From Bacteroidota bacterium (GTDB taxonomy: Bacteria; Bacteroidota; Bacteroidia; AKYH767-A; 2013-40CM-41-45), in the NCBI GenBank assembly GCA_016720655.1, contig JADKKE010000010.1:69042-133041 (forward strand): a DNA stretch of 64,000 nucleotides, given 5' to 3'. How positions within the stretch are numbered: position 1 is the stretch's first letter; every line of letters begins with the position of its first letter. Positions 62,522-64,000 of the stretch are shown here, piece by piece. The position numbers and the translations under genes were made by a program. Under the pieces are notes generated by a model. The model was not told the origin of the DNA. It did no database searches and saw only the letters and a list, made by a program, of their open reading frames with translations.

Positions 62522-63988
62522 ATGAAAACAAAACTACATATCCAAGGAAGCTTCATCGAAGTTCGACTCTTCGCATTTCTTTTTTCTCTCTGCATTCTGC
62601 TGCCAGCTGTATCCTCCGCTCAGGTTATTTCTGCTGGAAGTTATCATTCTCTCGCTGTTTGCTCAGATAGCACAGTACGGAGTTGGGGATGGAATAATAA
62701 TGGGCAACTTGGCGTTGGCACCACTACATCCAGTTCAACTCCAGTGCAAGTGAACTCGCTCACAGGCATTATCGCCATGGATGGAGGAGGTGTTCCTCCT
62801 TTTATGGGCAATTCATCTTCTCATTCTGTTTTCCTGAAGAATGACGGAACGGTCTGGGCTTGCGGAAAAAATAATTATGGGCAACTTGGCGATGGCACCA
62901 CTACACCCAGTTCGACTCCAGTGCAGGTAAACTCGCTCTCAGGCATTATCGCTGTGGCATGCGGATTTTTTCATTCCCTATTTATAAAGAATGACAGTAC
63001 GGTTTGGGCTTGCGGACGGAATTTCATTGGACAACTTGGCGATGGCACTACAACCAACAGAAGCACTCCTGTGCAGGTGAGCGGTCTCACAGGCATTACT
63101 TCGGTAGCAAGCGGAGGAAACCATTCCCTTTTTCTGAAGAATGACGGAACGGTTTGGGCTTGCGGACAAAATTTATATGGGGCACTTGGCGTTGGTGACA
63201 CCATTGACAGACTTACTCCTGTGCAGGTAAACTCGCTCACAAGCATTATCGCAGTGGCAGGTGGAGGCAGTCATTCCCTTTTTCTAAAGAATGACGGAAC
63301 GGTTTGGGCATGTGGATCGAATTACTTGGGTCAACTTGGCGATAGTACCACCACCGACAGAAGCACTCCAGTGCAGGTGAACTCGCTCACAGGCATTATC
63401 GCAGTGGCAAGTGGAGGCAGTCATTCCCTTTTTCTGAAGAATGACGGAACGGTTTGGGCTTGCGGATTGAATACTTCCGGACAACTTGGCGATGGCACCA
63501 CTACATCCAGTTCGACTCCAGTGCAGGTGAACTCGCTGATGGGCATTACTGCTATGGCAGCAGGATATTTGTTTTCCCTTTTTCTGAAGAATGACGAAAC
63601 AGTTTGGGCTTGCGGAAGAAATGTGGAAGGGCAATTGGGTAATGGTACTTCTGATAACAATCCTCACCCGACTCCCGTGCAGGTTACAGGTCTTTGTCCA
63701 ATGATTACTGCAATTACAGAAACGAAGCAAGAAGATGGGTTTCAGATTTATCCTAACCCAACCACAGGTCAATTCACAATCAACTTAGGAAGTAACAACA
63801 GAAATGTTGTGGTCACCATCACAGACCTTACAGGAAAAATAATTTACTCAACAACAGCAAGTGATCCCGATAGCTATCGGGAACAAAAGATAGAAGTAAA
63901 CATCCAAGATTTTGCAACCGGAATTTATGTTGTGCAAATTCAAACAGCAGATTTTATGGGAACGAAAAAACTTGTCGTGGAAAAATAA
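62522..63988 (+). CDS. RCC1-repeat (alpha-tubulin-suppressor-like) beta-propeller protein with a type-A T9SS sorting domain
   Basis: Seven repeats of HSLFLKNDGTVWACG.N..GQLGDGTTT.RSTPVQV. Signal peptide present. The sorting domain ends ..GIYVVQIQTADFMGTKKLVVEK. Confidence 0.8.
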   Translation: MKTKLHIQGSFIEVRLFAFLFSLCILLPAVSSAQVISAGSYHSLAVCSDSTVRSWGWNNNGQLGVGTTTSSSTPVQVNSLTGIIAMDGGGVPPFMGNSSSHSVFLKNDGTVWACGKNNYGQLGDGTTTPSSTPVQVNSLSGIIAVACGFFHSLFIKNDSTVWACGRNFIGQLGDGTTTNRSTPVQVSGLTGITSVASGGNHSLFLKNDGTVWACGQNLYGALGVGDTIDRLTPVQVNSLTSIIAVAGGGSHSLFLKNDGTVWACGSNYLGQLGDSTTTDRSTPVQVNSLTGIIAVASGGSHSLFLKNDGTVWACGLNTSGQLGDGTTTSSSTPVQVNSLMGITAMAAGYLFSLFLKNDETVWACGRNVEGQLGNGTSDNNPHPTPVQVTGLCPMITAITETKQEDGFQIYPNPTTGQFTINLGSNNRNVVVTITDLTGKIIYSTTASDPDSYREQKIEVNIQDFATGIYVVQIQTADFMGTKKLVVEK

Positions 63989-64000
63989 TATTTTCGTGTA

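Overview
This window is a chromosomal segment from a Bacteroidota genome. The lineage call rests on many proteins carrying type IX secretion system (T9SS) C-terminal sorting domains of both type A and type B, on PorP/SprF membrane proteins, on SprB-type repeats, and on a GxxExxY protein.

Layout from left to right:
- 0.1-6.8 kb: a sigma-54 response regulator that lacks a DNA-binding domain, followed by two T9SS cargo genes.
- 6.9-23.4 kb: two tandem gliding-adhesin modules, each consisting of a SprB-repeat giant adhesin with a type-B sorting domain, a PorP/SprF gene and a PorE-like OmpA/TPR/beta-propeller gene. The ~3 kb porP-porE unit is duplicated almost exactly, while the adhesins are divergent paralogues. 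An orphan Hcp/TssD-like gene sits between the two modules.
- 23.6-27.4 kb: divergently transcribed cyanophycin synthetase and cyanophycinase (cphA, cphB).
- 27.6-29.9 kb: a T9SS-secreted phosphoesterase.
- 30.4-37.6 kb: a PLP-dependent aminotransferase (frameshifted), asnB, a GT4-like glycosyltransferase and a YfhO-like membrane protein.
- 38.1-40.9 kb: carB.
- about 41.2-57.7 kb: a visibly AT-richer accessory island.
- 57.8-60.4 kb: a TPR-sensor histidine kinase with a LuxR-type response regulator.
- 60.7-64.0 kb: three more T9SS cargo genes, two of them tandem paralogues, the third an RCC1-repeat protein.

The accessory island holds defence-type genes, most of them decayed: a Swt1-like HEPN gene, an Abi-alpha-like gene, a C-terminal fragment of a PD-(D/E)XK family gene, and a GxxExxY gene. 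It also holds several frameshifted T9SS beta-propeller genes. The island is punctuated at eight or more sites by arrays of a degenerate tandem repeat of about 18-37 bp (core GCTGCGAAGGAT...), and by two copies of a ~200 bp conserved element.

Genome-wide oddities are C-poor short tandem repeats (7-11 bp units) placed exactly at gene boundaries, and numerous frameshifts, many at homopolymer runs, so sequencing errors and real pseudogenes cannot be told apart. No rRNA or tRNA genes, CRISPR arrays, transposases or integrases were recognised.
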